A stretch of DNA of 64,000 nucleotides from Acidimicrobiia bacterium (GCA_011523635.1 WTGI01000077.1:1006-65005), one strand, 5' to 3'; positions 37,722 to 48,790 are shown, counted from the first letter of the stretch. Translations and numbers: made by a program. Notes: generated from the sequence alone by a model not told the origin.

Positions 37722-38138
37722 CTACCGCGGAAAGTCGGGGAAGCGGAGGATGTCCCGGCGTACCAGGATCTCGCCGGCCAGGTTGCGCCTGGTCTCCTGT
37801 AGCGCTTCGGTTGCCGCGATGGCGGTCTCCTGGGCGGCCTTCTTCTGGCGGCGCAGCCTCCGCACCTCATCCCGGAGGAACCGGTTCTCCTCTTCGAGGG
37901 CGATGATGCGCTTCACGCCTTCGATGTTGATGCCCTGGCCGGTCAGACCCTGGATCAGGGAGAGGCGCTCGAGGTCGGCATCCGAGTAGCGGCGGGTACC
38001 ACCGGGAGTCCGGAACGGCTCGATCAGCCCCCTTCGCTCGTAGATGCGTAGGGTCTGGGGATGCATGCCGGATAGCGAGGCCGCGACCGAGATGACGTAG
38101 ACCGCCTCCATTTCGGGTGAGATTCTCTTGCCGGGCAT
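37722..38138 (-). CDS. hspR: MerR-family heat-shock repressor HspR
   Basis: MerR HTH (VYVISVAASLSGMHPQTLRIYERRGL) with coiled-coil tail. Last gene of the dnaK-grpE-dnaJ-hspR operon. Confidence 0.8.
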   Translation of the reverse strand: MPGKRISPEMEAVYVISVAASLSGMHPQTLRIYERRGLIEPFRTPGGTRRYSDADLERLSLIQGLTGQGINIEGVKRIIALEEENRFLRDEVRRLRRQKKAAQETAIAATEALQETRRNLAGEILVRRDILRFPDFPR

Positions 38139-38362
38139 CCGTAGCCTCCTTCCTATAGGCGTTCCGCAGTATTCATCATCTTCGACGCCACCGTCCTAGT
38201 GGTCTGTCTACGAAACAGCCAGGCGTGTTCTGGCGGTCATCGGTGCCCCGTCGCTGCGTTCCGCTTCCTCAACGTACCGCTGCGGGCACGCCTTCGTCAG
38301 CGGGCCTTGCGAGAAACACCGCTGCCGACGCCATACCACACCGCCATTCCACAAACAGACCA

Positions 38363-39454
38363 CTAGAGATGCGCTCTCGGGTCGGCGGTCTCGTACTTGT
38401 CCTTGAACTCTTCCAGGAGCTTCCTGGCATCCCTCGGCAGCTTCTCGGGGACGGTCACCTGCGCCGTGACCAGCAGGTCGCCAGGGCGCCCCTTATCCCT
38501 CCGGACTCCCTCCTTGCGTATCCGGAAGGTCTTGCCGGAGGGTGTGCCGGCCGGGATCTTGAGCGTGACCGGGCCGTTCAGCGTCATCACCCTCACCTTG
38601 GCGCCCAGCGCCGCCTCGGTGAACGTGATCGGCAGCTGCATGGTCAGGTTGTCGCCCTTGCGGGAGAACACCGGATGCCGGCCCACGCTGACCTTGACCA
38701 GTAGATCGCCCGGGGGGCCGCCCCTCGGCCCGGGCGCTCCCCGGCCCCGTAGCCGGATCGTGTTTCCGTCCTTGATGCCGGGTGGGATACGGACCTTGAT
38801 GGTACGTGCGCGGACTTCCTGGCCGGAACCGCCGCACTGGAGGCAATGCGACTCCACGTTCCTGCCGGCGCCGCCGCATACCGGGCACGGGTTGGTGAAG
38901 GAGAAGAGACCCTGGTTGGAAGCGACCGTGCCGGTACCACCGCAGTTCCCGCACACGTCCACCGTCGTCCCGGGCTCCCCTCCCGAGCCTGAACAGCGTC
39001 CGCACTGGACCGCGCCCTGCACCCGTACCGGACTGGTGGTTCCCCGGATGGACTCTTCGAAGGTCAGGTCAAGGGTGGCCGACATGTCGGCGCCGCGCTG
39101 GGGGCCTCTGCGACCGCGGCCGAAGTTGAACAGGTCACCGATGCCTCCCGCACCGCCGAACAGATCCTCTATCCGGACCTGCCCCCCGGCGAACGGGCCG
39201 CCGCCCGGGCCGAAACCCTGCGCTCCCATGGAGCGAACCTGGTCGTACTCCCTTCGACGGTCGGCGTCCGACAGCACCGAATATGCCTCCGAGACGCCCT
39301 TGAAGCGCTCGGCGGCATTCGGATCGTCCGGGTTGGCGTCCGGATGGAGCTTCTGCGCCAGCCGCCGGTACGCCTTCTTGATGGTCGCCTGGTCGGCATC
39401 CTTGCCCACCTCGAGGAGCCGGTAGAAGTCCTTCTCGAGCCAGTCGCGGTTCAT
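38363..39454 (-). CDS. dnaJ: chaperone DnaJ
   Basis: J domain with HPD (YRRLAQKLHPDANP), G/F region, four CxxCxGxG zinc-finger repeats. Confidence 0.9.
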   Translation of the reverse strand: MNRDWLEKDFYRLLEVGKDADQATIKKAYRRLAQKLHPDANPDDPNAAERFKGVSEAYSVLSDADRRREYDQVRSMGAQGFGPGGGPFAGGQVRIEDLFGGAGGIGDLFNFGRGRRGPQRGADMSATLDLTFEESIRGTTSPVRVQGAVQCGRCSGSGGEPGTTVDVCGNCGGTGTVASNQGLFSFTNPCPVCGGAGRNVESHCLQCGGSGQEVRARTIKVRIPPGIKDGNTIRLRGRGAPGPRGGPPGDLLVKVSVGRHPVFSRKGDNLTMQLPITFTEAALGAKVRVMTLNGPVTLKIPAGTPSGKTFRIRKEGVRRDKGRPGDLLVTAQVTVPEKLPRDARKLLEEFKDKYETADPRAHL

Positions 39455-39473
39455 GGGCGACCCCCGGACAGGA

Positions 39474-40136
39474 TCACGCCCGGTCCTCCTCCCCGGCGTC
39501 CGCCTCTGCAGGTGATGCCGGCTCGTAACCCACCGCGACCAGCGCAGGCCTGACGACCCTCCCCTTGAGAAGGTAGCCGCGGCGCAACTCGGCCGTCACC
39601 ACCATCGTGCCACTCCCCTCGGCCATCTGGGCCGCTTCATGGAGGGTGGGATCGAACGCGGCGCCCAGGGCCTCGATCGGCTCGAGGCCTTCCCGGGACA
39701 GCGTGGAGAGCAGGAGCTCTCGCGTGCTGGACAATCCCTGGCGCAAACCACCGCCCGAGGATCCGTCAGCGCTCTCCATGATCAGGGCGGCGTCGAGGCT
39801 GTCGAGCACCGGGAGGATCTGGAGCATCACCCGCTCAGACGCCCGGGCGACCGACTCCTGCTGGACCCGCGCCGTGCGCTTGCGATAGTTGTCGAACTCG
39901 GCGACCGACCGCTTCCACCTGTCCTCCGCCTGCTCGGCCGCCTCCCGGGCCGCCAGCAGCTCGTTGATCAGGAGGGCCACGGCCTCGTCCGGATCCTCGG
40001 GAAGCTCCATGCGATCCATCTGGTCTGGCGCGCCCTCATCGAGGACGGCCTCGACCACCTCCGCGGGTGTGGGCGTAGTCACCTCATCGGGCGGGGTGCC
40101 GGAAGGATCGGCGCCCGGCCGCGTGGCGCCGGTCAA
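39474..40136 (-). CDS. grpE: nucleotide exchange factor GrpE
   Basis: GrpE coiled-coil and C-terminal beta-domain (...[33 protein letters not shown]...). 4-nt overlap with dnaK. Confidence 0.85.
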   Translation of the reverse strand: MTGATRPGADPSGTPPDEVTTPTPAEVVEAVLDEGAPDQMDRMELPEDPDEAVALLINELLAAREAAEQAEDRWKRSVAEFDNYRKRTARVQQESVARASERVMLQILPVLDSLDAALIMESADGSSGGGLRQGLSSTRELLLSTLSREGLEPIEALGAAFDPTLHEAAQMAEGSGTMVVTAELRRGYLLKGRVVRPALVAVGYEPASPAEADAGEEDRA

Positions 40137-41965
40137 CCGTCCTCGCCCTCATCGATGATCTCGGCCTCCACGATGTCCTCGTCATCCGGCATCGCCTGAC
40201 CGTCGGTGGCGGCCGCCTGCTCCTCGGCCTCCGACGCGTACATCTTCTGGGCCAGCACGGCAGAGGCCTGGAAGAGGGCATCGATGGCGGACTGGATATC
40301 GTCGGCCGAAGCCGCCTCGTCCTCGGAGACCGACCGCAGCGCCGCCACCGCGTCGTCGATGGCGGACCGCTCATCGTCATCGAGCTTGTCGCCGTGGTCC
40401 TCCAGCAGCTTGGCAGTCTGGTTGAGAACCTGATCCGCCCTGTTGCGGGCATCCGCCAGGTCCCGGCGCTGGCGGTCCTCGTCCGCGTAGCGCTCCGCAT
40501 CCTCCACCATCCGCTCTATCTCGTCCTGCGACAGGGCGGTCCCGCCGGTGATGGTCATCGCCTGCTGGCGGCCGGTGCCCAGGTCCTTGGCGTAGACCGA
40601 CACGATCCCGTTGGCATCGATGTCGAAGCTCACCTCGATCTGGGGCACACCCATCGGGGCGGGCGGGATCCCGGTCAGGCGGAACTTGCCCAGGCTCTTG
40701 TTGTCGCCGGCCATCGGACGCTCGCCCTGCAGGACGTGTATCTCGACCTCCGGCTGGTTGTGATCCGCCGTGGTGAAGATCTCCGTGCGCTTGGTGGGGA
40801 TGGTGGTGTTGCGCTCGATCATCTTGGTCATCACGCTGCCCTTGGTCTCGATGCCGAGAGTCAGGGGCGTCACGTCCAGCAACAGGATGTCCTTCACGTC
40901 ACCTGTCAGCACGCCGGCCTGGAGCGCCGCGCCGGCCGCCACCACCTCGTCCGGATTGACCCCACGATGGGGGGTCTTTCCGGTCAGCCGCCGCACCAGG
41001 TCCTGGATGGCCGGCATCCGGGTGGAACCGCCCACCAGCACCACGTGGTCGATCTCGCCGGCGGACACCCCGGCGTCAGCGACCGCACGCTTGAACGGCC
41101 CCTCGGTCCGGCCCACCAGATGCTCGGTGAGCTTCTCGAACTCGGAGCGGGACAGCTTCGTCTGGAGATGCAGCGGCCCGTCAGAGGTGGCGGTGATGAA
41201 CGGGAGGTTGAGGTCGGTCTCGGGCACGGTCGACAACTCGATCTTGGCCTTCTCCGCGGCTTCCTTGAGCCGTTGCACGGCCATCTTGTCGGCACTCAGG
41301 TCGACGCCGTTCTCGTTCTTGAAGCCCTTCACCAGCCAATCGATGATCGCCTGGTCCCAGTCGTCCCCGCCCAGTTGGGTGTCGCCGCTGGTCGACTTCA
41401 CCTCGAACACGCCGTCGCCGATCTCCAGGACCGACACGTCGAAGGTTCCTCCCCCGAGATCGAATACCAGGATGGTCTGGTCCGACTCCTCCTTGTCGAG
41501 GCCGTAGGCCAGGGCGGCCGCGGTGGGCTCGTTGACGATCCGCAGCACCTCGAGGCCGGCGATCTGCCCCGCTTCCTTGGTGGCCTGCCGTTGCGCGTCG
41601 TTGAAGTAGGCCGGAACTGTCACCACGGCGGAGGTGATGGGAGATCCCAGGTAGGCCTCGGCATCCCGCTTCAGCTTCATCAGGGTCCGGGCCGACACTT
41701 CCTGGGCCGTGTAGGACTTGCCGTCGGCGCCGACGGACCAGTCGGTTCCCATGTGGCGCTTGACGGATCGGACGGTGTGATCGGGATTGGTGATGGCCTG
41801 CCGCTTGGCGACCTCGCCGATCAGCACCTCACCGTCCTTGAAGGCCACCACTGATGGCGTGGTGCGAGCCCCTTCGGCATTGGCGACCACGGTCGGTTCG
41901 CCGCCTTCCAGCACCGCGATCACGCTGTTGGTGGTCCCCAGATCGATTCCGACGGCCTTGGCCAT
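40133..41965 (-). CDS. dnaK: chaperone DnaK (Hsp70)
   Basis: Hsp70 signatures [16 protein letters not shown] and [11 protein letters not shown]. 610 aa. Confidence 0.95.
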   Translation of the reverse strand: MAKAVGIDLGTTNSVIAVLEGGEPTVVANAEGARTTPSVVAFKDGEVLIGEVAKRQAITNPDHTVRSVKRHMGTDWSVGADGKSYTAQEVSARTLMKLKRDAEAYLGSPITSAVVTVPAYFNDAQRQATKEAGQIAGLEVLRIVNEPTAAALAYGLDKEESDQTILVFDLGGGTFDVSVLEIGDGVFEVKSTSGDTQLGGDDWDQAIIDWLVKGFKNENGVDLSADKMAVQRLKEAAEKAKIELSTVPETDLNLPFITATSDGPLHLQTKLSRSEFEKLTEHLVGRTEGPFKRAVADAGVSAGEIDHVVLVGGSTRMPAIQDLVRRLTGKTPHRGVNPDEVVAAGAALQAGVLTGDVKDILLLDVTPLTLGIETKGSVMTKMIERNTTIPTKRTEIFTTADHNQPEVEIHVLQGERPMAGDNKSLGKFRLTGIPPAPMGVPQIEVSFDIDANGIVSVYAKDLGTGRQQAMTITGGTALSQDEIERMVEDAERYADEDRQRRDLADARNRADQVLNQTAKLLEDHGDKLDDDERSAIDDAVAALRSVSEDEAASADDIQSAIDALFQASAVLAQKMYASEAEEQAAATDGQAMPDDEDIVEAEIIDEGEDG

Positions 41966-42000
41966 GCGTTCACCCTTTCCGTACTTCTCAGTGTCTTCGA

Positions 42001-42025
42001 TAGGTATAACCTAAGTCATACCTTA
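42001..42025. promoter_or_regulatory. inverted repeat AGGTAT-N10-ATACCT upstream of dnaK (candidate HspR/HAIR-type operator)
   Basis: taggtataacctaagtcatacctta lies ~40 nt upstream of the dnaK start. Not a match to the canonical CTTGAGT-N7-ACTCAAG. Confidence 0.25.
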
Positions 42026-42075
42026 TCATATTCCCGCGAATCCGCCGCATCGCCGGGATTCCGGAAGTGGAGCAG

Positions 42076-42146
42076 TGGTCAGCGGTCAGCGGTCAGCCGT
42101 CAGCGATAATCCAACATAAACTAGCAACTAGCAACTAGCAACTAGA
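42076..42146. repeat. two adjacent heptamer tandem arrays: (GGTCAGC)x4 then (AACTAGC)x3
   Basis: ggtcagcggtcagcggtcagccgtcagcg (42076-42104) ... aactagcaactagcaactagcaactagat (42118-42146), between the CoA-binding gene end and the dnaK upstream region. Confidence 0.8.
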
Positions 42147-42624
42147 TATCCCTTAGGCGCTTGCTGGAGATGACTCCGGTGTCGAAGCCGGCCAGGTTCA
42201 GGCGGCCCGAGAAACGGGCGTGCTCGATCTTGAGGCAACGGTCCTGAACCACGTCGAGGCCGGCGTCGATGGCTGTCCGGGCCGCGCCGTCGTGGCGAAG
42301 GCCGAGCTGGAACCACACGACCTTGGCGCCGATGGCGATAGCGTCGTCCACCACCTCTGGGATGAAGCGAGGATGGCGGAAGATGTCGACGATGTCAGGC
42401 ACCTCCGGCAGGTCCGCAAGCGATGCGTAGCACTTCAGGCCGAGCACCTCGTCGTACATGGGATTGACGGGGTAGACGCGCAGGTGGGTACGGACAAGGT
42501 AGGTGGCGACGAAGTTAGACGCCTTCAGCTCGTTACCGGACACACCGACCAAGGCCACCGACTTCGCCTGGCGGATGATCCGCAGCCGGGTGCGGGCGTC
42601 GGCTTCGAGTACCTCGGTCATCAT
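42142..42624 (-). CDS. CoA-binding domain protein (YccU-like)
   Basis: Rossmann-like CoA-binding motif ...KSVALVGVSGNELKASNFV...VNPMYDEVLGLKCYASLADLPEVPDIVDIF... Confidence 0.75.
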   Translation of the reverse strand: MMTEVLEADARTRLRIIRQAKSVALVGVSGNELKASNFVATYLVRTHLRVYPVNPMYDEVLGLKCYASLADLPEVPDIVDIFRHPRFIPEVVDDAIAIGAKVVWFQLGLRHDGAARTAIDAGLDVVQDRCLKIEHARFSGRLNLAGFDTGVISSKRLRDI

Positions 42625-42625
42625 T

Positions 42626-43900
42626 TCAGCTCCCCAGCGCTTGGTCGAGGTCCCAGAGAATGTCTTCGATGTTCTCGAGACCGATCGAGATCCGGATCAT
42701 GTCGCCGCCCACCCCGGCCGCATCCCTCTCCTCGGGCGGGACCTGCTGGTGCGTGGTGCTGGCCGGGTGGATCACCAGGGTCTTGGCATCACCCACGTTG
42801 GCAAGGTGGCTGGCCAGCTCCACCCGCTTGATGAACGATACCCCCGCCTCGTAGCCCCCGGCTATGCCAAAGGTGAACACCGCTCCCGGCCCGCCCGGTA
42901 CGTACTTACGGGCCAAGTCGTGGGACGGGTGGGAGGGCAGCCCGGCGTAGGACACCCACGACACCCGGCTATCCGCGTCCAGGAACTCGGCCACCGCTTG
43001 CGCGTTGGCCACGTGGCGCTCCATCCGCAACGACAGCGTCTCCAGCCCCTGCAGCAGCAGGAACGAGTTGAAGGGCGACAGGACCGCGCCCACGTCCCGC
43101 ATCAGCTCCATGCGGGCCTTCATCAGGTAGGCGTACTCCCGGAAGTTTGCCCAGAAGGTGAGGTTGTGGTACGCCGGTGACGGCTCGACGATGGCGGGGA
43201 AGCGTCCGTTGTCCCAAGGGAAGACTCCGCTCTCGACGATCACGCCGGCGATCGTGGTGCCGTGCCCGCCGATGAACTTGGTGGCCGAGTGCACCACCAC
43301 ATCGGCGCCGTACTCGATCGGCCGGCACAGCGCCGGACTGGCGAAGGTGTTGTCCACCACCAGGGGTAAGCCGTAGGAGTGGGACAGCTCGGCCATCGGC
43401 GCCAGGTCCAGCACGTCACCCGCCGGGTTACCGATGGTCTCTCCGTAGACGAGCCGGGTCCGGTCGGTGATGGCCGCCTCGATGGCATCGAAGTTATTGG
43501 TATCGACGAAGGTCGTCTCGATGCCCATCCGGCGCAGCGTCACGTCGAACTGGGTGAAGGTCCCGCCGTACAGCGACCGGTTGGTGACGATGTGGTCCCC
43601 CACCTCGCAGAGGGTGAGTATCGCCACGAGTTGGGCCGCCATTCCGGAGGCGGTCGCCAGGCCGCCCAGCCCACCCTCCAGCGAGGCCATGCGCTCCTCG
43701 AAAGCCGCGTTGGTGGGGTTGCCGATCCGCGTGTAGATGTTGCCGAAGCTCTGGAGGGCGAATAGGTCGGCGGCCTGCTGGGGATCCTCGAACACGTAGG
43801 ACGTGGTCTGGTAGATGGGCATGGCGCGCGCGCCGGTCTCGGGATCCGGCCGCTGGCCGGCGTGGATGGAACGGGTGTCGAAGCCGAACTCGTGGCTCAT
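42626..43900 (-). CDS. metY: O-acetylhomoserine aminocarboxypropyltransferase (PLP-dependent)
   Basis: Cys/Met-metabolism PLP fold with lysine in ...[13 protein letters not shown].... Start ATG 43900 ([15 protein letters not shown]); the upstream ORF extension is spurious. Confidence 0.85.
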   Translation of the reverse strand: MSHEFGFDTRSIHAGQRPDPETGARAMPIYQTTSYVFEDPQQAADLFALQSFGNIYTRIGNPTNAAFEERMASLEGGLGGLATASGMAAQLVAILTLCEVGDHIVTNRSLYGGTFTQFDVTLRRMGIETTFVDTNNFDAIEAAITDRTRLVYGETIGNPAGDVLDLAPMAELSHSYGLPLVVDNTFASPALCRPIEYGADVVVHSATKFIGGHGTTIAGVIVESGVFPWDNGRFPAIVEPSPAYHNLTFWANFREYAYLMKARMELMRDVGAVLSPFNSFLLLQGLETLSLRMERHVANAQAVAEFLDADSRVSWVSYAGLPSHPSHDLARKYVPGGPGAVFTFGIAGGYEAGVSFIKRVELASHLANVGDAKTLVIHPASTTHQQVPPEERDAAGVGGDMIRISIGLENIEDILWDLDQALGS

Positions 43901-45084
43901 TTTGCGCTCCTTCTGGCCCTGGTCGTGGATGAGGGATCCCAATCGGATTCCAGATGGTAACGGAGGTGGGGCTCGAATAGATGCGGCTCGAGCAGGAAGG
44001 CATCGTGGCCCTTCTCGGAGTGGACGGTGATCCAGTTGAAGTCTTGACCCGCCGCCTTCAACTCCTCTGCCAACTCCTTCTGCTCGCCCGGGTAGTAGCA
44101 CACGTCGGAGTCGATCGAGAAGACCAGATACTTGTGGGATCCGGCTGAGAGCATGTCCCGGAGCGTGATCCCCTTGAGCTCGGCCTCCGCATACAGATCG
44201 AAGTCCTGCCATGCCCACATGGTCCGCAGGTAGGCGTTGGCGTCGAAGCGCTTGACGAACTTCTGACCCTGATGCCACATGTAGCTCTCGATCGGAAGCC
44301 GTACCCGCTCATTGGACTCGGCCACCTCCCCTCTGGCCCTCTTCTTCATCTGGTCCAGCGACACGAAAGTCTTGTGCCCGATCATCCGGGCGAGGGCGAG
44401 GCCGGCATCGGGCGCGTCCCCGTCGTAGTAGTTGCCGCCTTTGAAGTCCGGGTCGTTGTAGATGGCGTTGATCTGCTCGAAGTCATGGATCACATGGAGG
44501 GTGGTGGCCCGCAGGCCTGCCGCGATCGGAACGACGAAGCGCACCCGATCGGGGTAGCGGACCGCCACGTCGAGGCACATCATCCCGCCCACGCTGCCGC
44601 CCACCACCGCATGGAGCTGTTTCACCCCGAGGTGGTCCAGCAACTTGAAGTGCGCCCGCACCGTGTCACCCGCGGAGACCCGCGGGAAGTCGGGCCCGTA
44701 GGGCTTGCCGGTGAGCGGGTTGATGCTGGCGGGTCCGGTGGTGCCATAGCAGTGACCCAGCCAGTTGGCGCAGATCACGGCGAACTTGTCCGTGTTGAGG
44801 GAACGGCCCGGCCCGATGAAGTCGTCCCACCACCCGGTATGCACCTCGTCGGTCCAGCGGTCCTCGGCGCCCGTGTAGTCGCGGTTCTCGCCGGCCGCGT
44901 GGTGGCTGCCGGTGAGGGCGTGGAAGAGGAGGATGGCGTTGTCGCCCTTCTCGTCGAGCTCTCCGTAGACCTCGTAGGCGAGGGTTACTTCGGGCAGCTC
45001 CTCGCCGCTCTCGCAGACGAAGGGATTAGATTCGCTGCCGAACGTGAAGAACCGGGTCTCGACCGGTCCGATGCCTTTGCCCAT
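43897..45084 (-). CDS. metX: homoserine O-acetyltransferase
   Basis: Alpha/beta-hydrolase MetX pattern ...GIGPVETRFFTFGSESNPFVCESGEELPEVTLAYEVYGEL...FHALTGS.... 4-nt ATGA overlap with metY. Confidence 0.85.
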   Translation of the reverse strand: MGKGIGPVETRFFTFGSESNPFVCESGEELPEVTLAYEVYGELDEKGDNAILLFHALTGSHHAAGENRDYTGAEDRWTDEVHTGWWDDFIGPGRSLNTDKFAVICANWLGHCYGTTGPASINPLTGKPYGPDFPRVSAGDTVRAHFKLLDHLGVKQLHAVVGGSVGGMMCLDVAVRYPDRVRFVVPIAAGLRATTLHVIHDFEQINAIYNDPDFKGGNYYDGDAPDAGLALARMIGHKTFVSLDQMKKRARGEVAESNERVRLPIESYMWHQGQKFVKRFDANAYLRTMWAWQDFDLYAEAELKGITLRDMLSAGSHKYLVFSIDSDVCYYPGEQKELAEELKAAGQDFNWITVHSEKGHDAFLLEPHLFEPHLRYHLESDWDPSSTTRARRSAK

Positions 45085-45167
45085 GAGTCCATTCCGAGCG
45101 CCTCTGGATCGGCGCATACGATATCAACCTATCCGGCTATCCCGAACATCGGGGTTGGTGCGAGCTC

Positions 45168-45803
45168 CTACAGCTCCCGCCGGTCCGCCAGGGCCCTGCC
45201 GAGGGTGATCTCGTCGGCGTAGTCCATGTCACCCCCGACCGGCAGGCCGCTGGCGGGGCGTGTAACGGTTATCCCGAAGGGCTTGAAGCGTCGCGCCAGG
45301 TACATGGCGGTGGTATCGCCCTCGATGGTGGGGTTGGTAGCGATGATGATCTCGATCCGCCGCTCCCCGGTCCCGCCCGCGCCGTTGTCCTGGCCCTGGT
45401 TACGGAGCTCCTTGATCCGGAGCTCGAGCTCCTCGATCCGGAGCTGGGAGGGTCCTATCCCGTCGATGGGCGAGAGGGCACCGCCCAGCACGTGGTACTG
45501 GCCGGCGAACTCGCGCGTGCGCTCGATGACCGCGATGTCCTGGGCTCGTTCGACCACACAGATGTACCCGGGCTCGCGGCGAGGATCGCGGCAGATCGAG
45601 CACTCCTCCCCGGCGGTGACGTTGTAGCACCGAGAGCAGAAGGAGGTCTGCTCGCGCAGGTCGATGATCGCCCCTGCCAGGCGGCGGGCGTCAGCCTCAT
45701 CTACGTTCAGCAGATGGAAGGCGAGGCGCTGGGCGGACTTGCGACCAACCCCGGGGAGCCTGCTCAGCTCGTCGATCAGTCGTTGAACGGGACGCTCGAA
45801 CAT
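45168..45803 (-). CDS. recR: recombination protein RecR
   Basis: HhH motif ([16 protein letters not shown]), C4 zinc finger (CSRCYNVT...CSICRDP), Toprim domain. Start ATG 45803. Confidence 0.9.
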   Translation of the reverse strand: MFERPVQRLIDELSRLPGVGRKSAQRLAFHLLNVDEADARRLAGAIIDLREQTSFCSRCYNVTAGEECSICRDPRREPGYICVVERAQDIAVIERTREFAGQYHVLGGALSPIDGIGPSQLRIEELELRIKELRNQGQDNGAGGTGERRIEIIIATNPTIEGDTTAMYLARRFKPFGITVTRPASGLPVGGDMDYADEITLGRALADRREL

Positions 45804-45959
45804 CAGCCTGACCAGGGTAGTCGGCGATGGTGACGAAACCGTCGCACCCCCGGCCGGCAGGAGGGTATTGAAAACTGTCCAGTTGGAGCGGCATCCTTCA
45901 ACGAGACCAGGTCGAGGCATGGCGAGTCCACCCCATCCCCGTCTTTTTCAGCACCCTCC

Positions 45960-47750
45960 TTAATCGGGTTGGACCTCCTGGACGTTCAACTCGGACTCGC
46001 GCAGCAGGAGCTCTGCCTGATGCATCGCCGCCGCCGGGTCCACTCGCGGCGGCGCCGACGAGGGGGCGGGTTCATCCACCGGCTCGGGCGGATCCGGGGC
46101 GTCCGGCTCCGGTCCGGAGTCGGGGTTCGGATCCGGCGGGGGCGAGGGATCCGGTCCGGCGCCCTGCCCGTGCGACGCGCCCGGCGCGCCCGCCATCCGG
46201 AAGTCGATCTCCACCGATCTGCCGAGGAGCCTTCCTCCCTCCCGAGCAAGCAGCTCGGCCAGATCGGCGTCGTTCGAGAGGGTCTTGTAGTGGAGGTCGT
46301 ACCCGGCCGGAAGGTGCAGTACCAGAGTGGAACCCTCCACTGCGCCCGGAACGGCCTCGCGGAAGAACGCCCCCAACCTTCCGCCCAGCCTTTCGATCAC
46401 CGCATTGCTGAGCTGCGGCCAGATGCGGTCCAGGTCCATGTCGGTGAGGGGCTGGTCGGACGCCGGGACGGACGCCGGCGGCTCTAGAGGCGGGGATACG
46501 GGAGCCTCCGCCTGGCCGTCCGCCGGGGCGTCTGGAGTGGAGACGACCGGAGTGGAGGCCGTAGGGTCCTGGGCGGGCGCGATCGGCCGGCCCCTCTCGA
46601 GCCGCTCGATCCTCCGCAGCAGTCCATCCGGGCGGTCGTCCAACTCCGGGCGGGATAGCTTCAGGACGGCCAACTCCAGCATCATGCGCTCGTCCCGGCC
46701 CTCCCTGAGCTTGACGAGCGCCTCTCCCAGAAGGTCGATCGACCTCATCACCGAGGCCGCGGGGAGCCGGCCTGCCACCTCCTTCCAGCGCTCGATCACC
46801 TCAGGCGGCTCGTCGGTGAACTCCCTCACATTGGAGCTGTAGTGGGTGAGAAAGACCCCTCTGAAGAACCCCAGCGCATCGCCGGCGAAGCGCCGCAGAT
46901 CGACGCCACCCGCCGATAGGTGGGCCACCAGCTCGAGGGCGGCCGCCGGCGCCTCGCCCACAACCGCATCCACCAGCTTCATGAGCGACTCGGGCCCGGC
47001 CACCCCGAGAGCCGTCTGGACGCCCTCCTCCGTGACGGTGCCGTCCCTGGCCGCAACCTGCTCCAGAAGGCTCAACGAGTCGCGGACCGACCCGGCAGCC
47101 CGCCGAGCCACCGCCAGCAGGGCGCCGTCGGTGGCCTCGAATCCTTCGGCCTCAGCTATCCACCTCAGGTGGTCGGTCAGCTTGTCGGTGGGCACCAGTT
47201 GGAAGTCGAACCGCTGGCTCCGGGAACGGACCGTGTCGAGCAACCGGTAGGGCTCAGTGGTGGCCAGCACGAAATGCACGTGCTCGGGCGGCTCCTCTAG
47301 GGTCTTGAGCAGGGCGTTGGCGGCCGACTTGGTGAGCATGTGGGCTTCATCGAGGATGAACACCCGCCGAGCGCCCCCTACCGACGCCACCGTGGACACC
47401 CCGGCCCGCAGCTCCCTGATGTCCTCCACCTTGTTGTGGGAGGCGGCATCGAGCTCCATCACGTCCATGGAGACGGATGACGCCACGCCCACGCAGGACG
47501 GGCAGGCGCCGCACGGTTCGCTGTCCGCACTCCGGTCGGGACAGTTCAGGGCCATCGCCAGCAGCCGGGCGGTAGTGGTCTTGCCCGTGCCTCTGGGACC
47601 GGTGAACAGGTAGGCGTGAGCCACCCGACCTGCGGCGATTTCCCTGGCCAGGGTTACCGTTACATGGTCCTGGCCGATTACCTGATCGAAGCGCTGCGGC
47701 CGGTACTTGCGGTAGAGCGCCTGGTACTCCATCGCCGGAAGCGTACTCAT
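45960..47750 (-). CDS. dnaX: DNA polymerase III subunits gamma/tau
   Basis: AAA+ clamp-loader motifs: Walker A GPRGTGKTT, zinc module CGACPSC, DEAH-like ILDEAHML. Pro/Asp-rich C-terminal tail. Confidence 0.9.
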   Translation of the reverse strand: MSTLPAMEYQALYRKYRPQRFDQVIGQDHVTVTLAREIAAGRVAHAYLFTGPRGTGKTTTARLLAMALNCPDRSADSEPCGACPSCVGVASSVSMDVMELDAASHNKVEDIRELRAGVSTVASVGGARRVFILDEAHMLTKSAANALLKTLEEPPEHVHFVLATTEPYRLLDTVRSRSQRFDFQLVPTDKLTDHLRWIAEAEGFEATDGALLAVARRAAGSVRDSLSLLEQVAARDGTVTEEGVQTALGVAGPESLMKLVDAVVGEAPAAALELVAHLSAGGVDLRRFAGDALGFFRGVFLTHYSSNVREFTDEPPEVIERWKEVAGRLPAASVMRSIDLLGEALVKLREGRDERMMLELAVLKLSRPELDDRPDGLLRRIERLERGRPIAPAQDPTASTPVVSTPDAPADGQAEAPVSPPLEPPASVPASDQPLTDMDLDRIWPQLSNAVIERLGGRLGAFFREAVPGAVEGSTLVLHLPAGYDLHYKTLSNDADLAELLAREGGRLLGRSVEIDFRMAGAPGASHGQGAGPDPSPPPDPNPDSGPEPDAPDPPEPVDEPAPSSAPPRVDPAAAMHQAELLLRESELNVQEVQPD

Positions 47751-47794
47751 CCGGGACGGTCCGGCAACCTGGCCGGCCTCGCTATCGTCGGAGT

Positions 47795-48790
47795 GTGGTC
47801 GTCCATGCGGAACCCTTCCGGCACGTTACCCGCGAGACTCGGGAGAGCTCCGAGTACCTGCGGCTGGCGCCCGCCGCCACCAAGGCCGCCGAGTCCAAGG
47901 GCCGGGAAAGTCCGGAGGAGCCCGACCCGCTGCGCACCGCATTCGAACGGGACCGCGACCGCATCGTCCACTCCAACGCCTTCCGGCGGCTGGCTCGAAA
48001 GACCCAGGTCTTCATCGACCCCGGCAACGACCACTTCGTCACCAGGCTCACCCATACGCTCCAGGTCGCCCAGATCGGACGCTCGATGGCGGTGGCGCTC
48101 GGCCTGAACGAGTCCTTGACCGAGGCCATCTGCCTGGGTCACGACATCGGCCACGCCCCGTTCGGTCATACCGGGGAGGATGCCCTCGACGAGATACTGG
48201 ACGGAGGTTGGATCCACGCCGATCACTCGGTGCGGATACTGTCGGTGATCGAACCGCTCAACCTCACCTGGGAGACCCGAGACGGCATCCGCGCCCACCC
48301 GTGGCGGATCGAGGAGGGACCCGCCACCCCGGAGGGCACCCTGTGCCGCTACGCCGACCGGATCGCCTACCTGAGCCACGACCCGATCGATGCCATGAGG
48401 GCCGGGATCATCCGCTACGTGGACCTCCCGTTCCGGGCGCAAGCCCTGCTCGGCGACCAGCACGGCCGTTGGGTGACCGCGATGGTGCACGCCGTGGTCG
48501 ACGGCTCGATCAGCGCCGGCCGTGTTCGGATGGCGCCCGATGTGGCCGAGGCCATGGACGACCTGCGGAACTTCATGTTCGAGCGGGTCTACCTTCGGGC
48601 TGAAGGTCAACCTCTGAGGAAGCAGGCAATGGCGGTGGTGCAGGACCTGGTCCGCTACTTCGAGGCGCACCCGTCCGAGCTACCCCCCTCGGCGCGGCGG
48701 TCCGAGTCTCCGCAGCGCCAGGCGGTCGACTACGTGGCCGGCATGACCGATCGCTTCGCCGGCCGGGTCCACACCGCCCGCTGCGGGTAG
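47795..48790 (+). CDS. dGTPase-like HD-domain phosphohydrolase
   Basis: HD motif ...RLTHTLQVAQIGRSMAVALGLNESLTEAICLGHDIGHAPFGHTGE.... Start may be downstream of 47795. Confidence 0.8.
   Translation: MVVHAEPFRHVTRETRESSEYLRLAPAATKAAESKGRESPEEPDPLRTAFERDRDRIVHSNAFRRLARKTQVFIDPGNDHFVTRLTHTLQVAQIGRSMAVALGLNESLTEAICLGHDIGHAPFGHTGEDALDEILDGGWIHADHSVRILSVIEPLNLTWETRDGIRAHPWRIEEGPATPEGTLCRYADRIAYLSHDPIDAMRAGIIRYVDLPFRAQALLGDQHGRWVTAMVHAVVDGSISAGRVRMAPDVAEAMDDLRNFMFERVYLRAEGQPLRKQAMAVVQDLVRYFEAHPSELPPSARRSESPQRQAVDYVAGMTDRFAGRVHTARCG

Noticed and set aside
45085-45167. Looked for a SAM riboswitch upstream of metX
   Set aside because: Only 83 nt separate the recR stop and the metX start, and I could not recognise SAM-I/SAM-IV conserved stems. 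Would need a covariance-model (Infernal/Rfam) scan to exclude.
45804-45959. Expected ybaB (nucleoid-associated protein) between dnaX and recR, and ffs (SRP RNA) upstream of dnaX
   Set aside because: The gap is 156 nt with no ORF of suitable size, and no recognisable SRP RNA domain-IV motif at 47751-47900. Absent here or located elsewhere.
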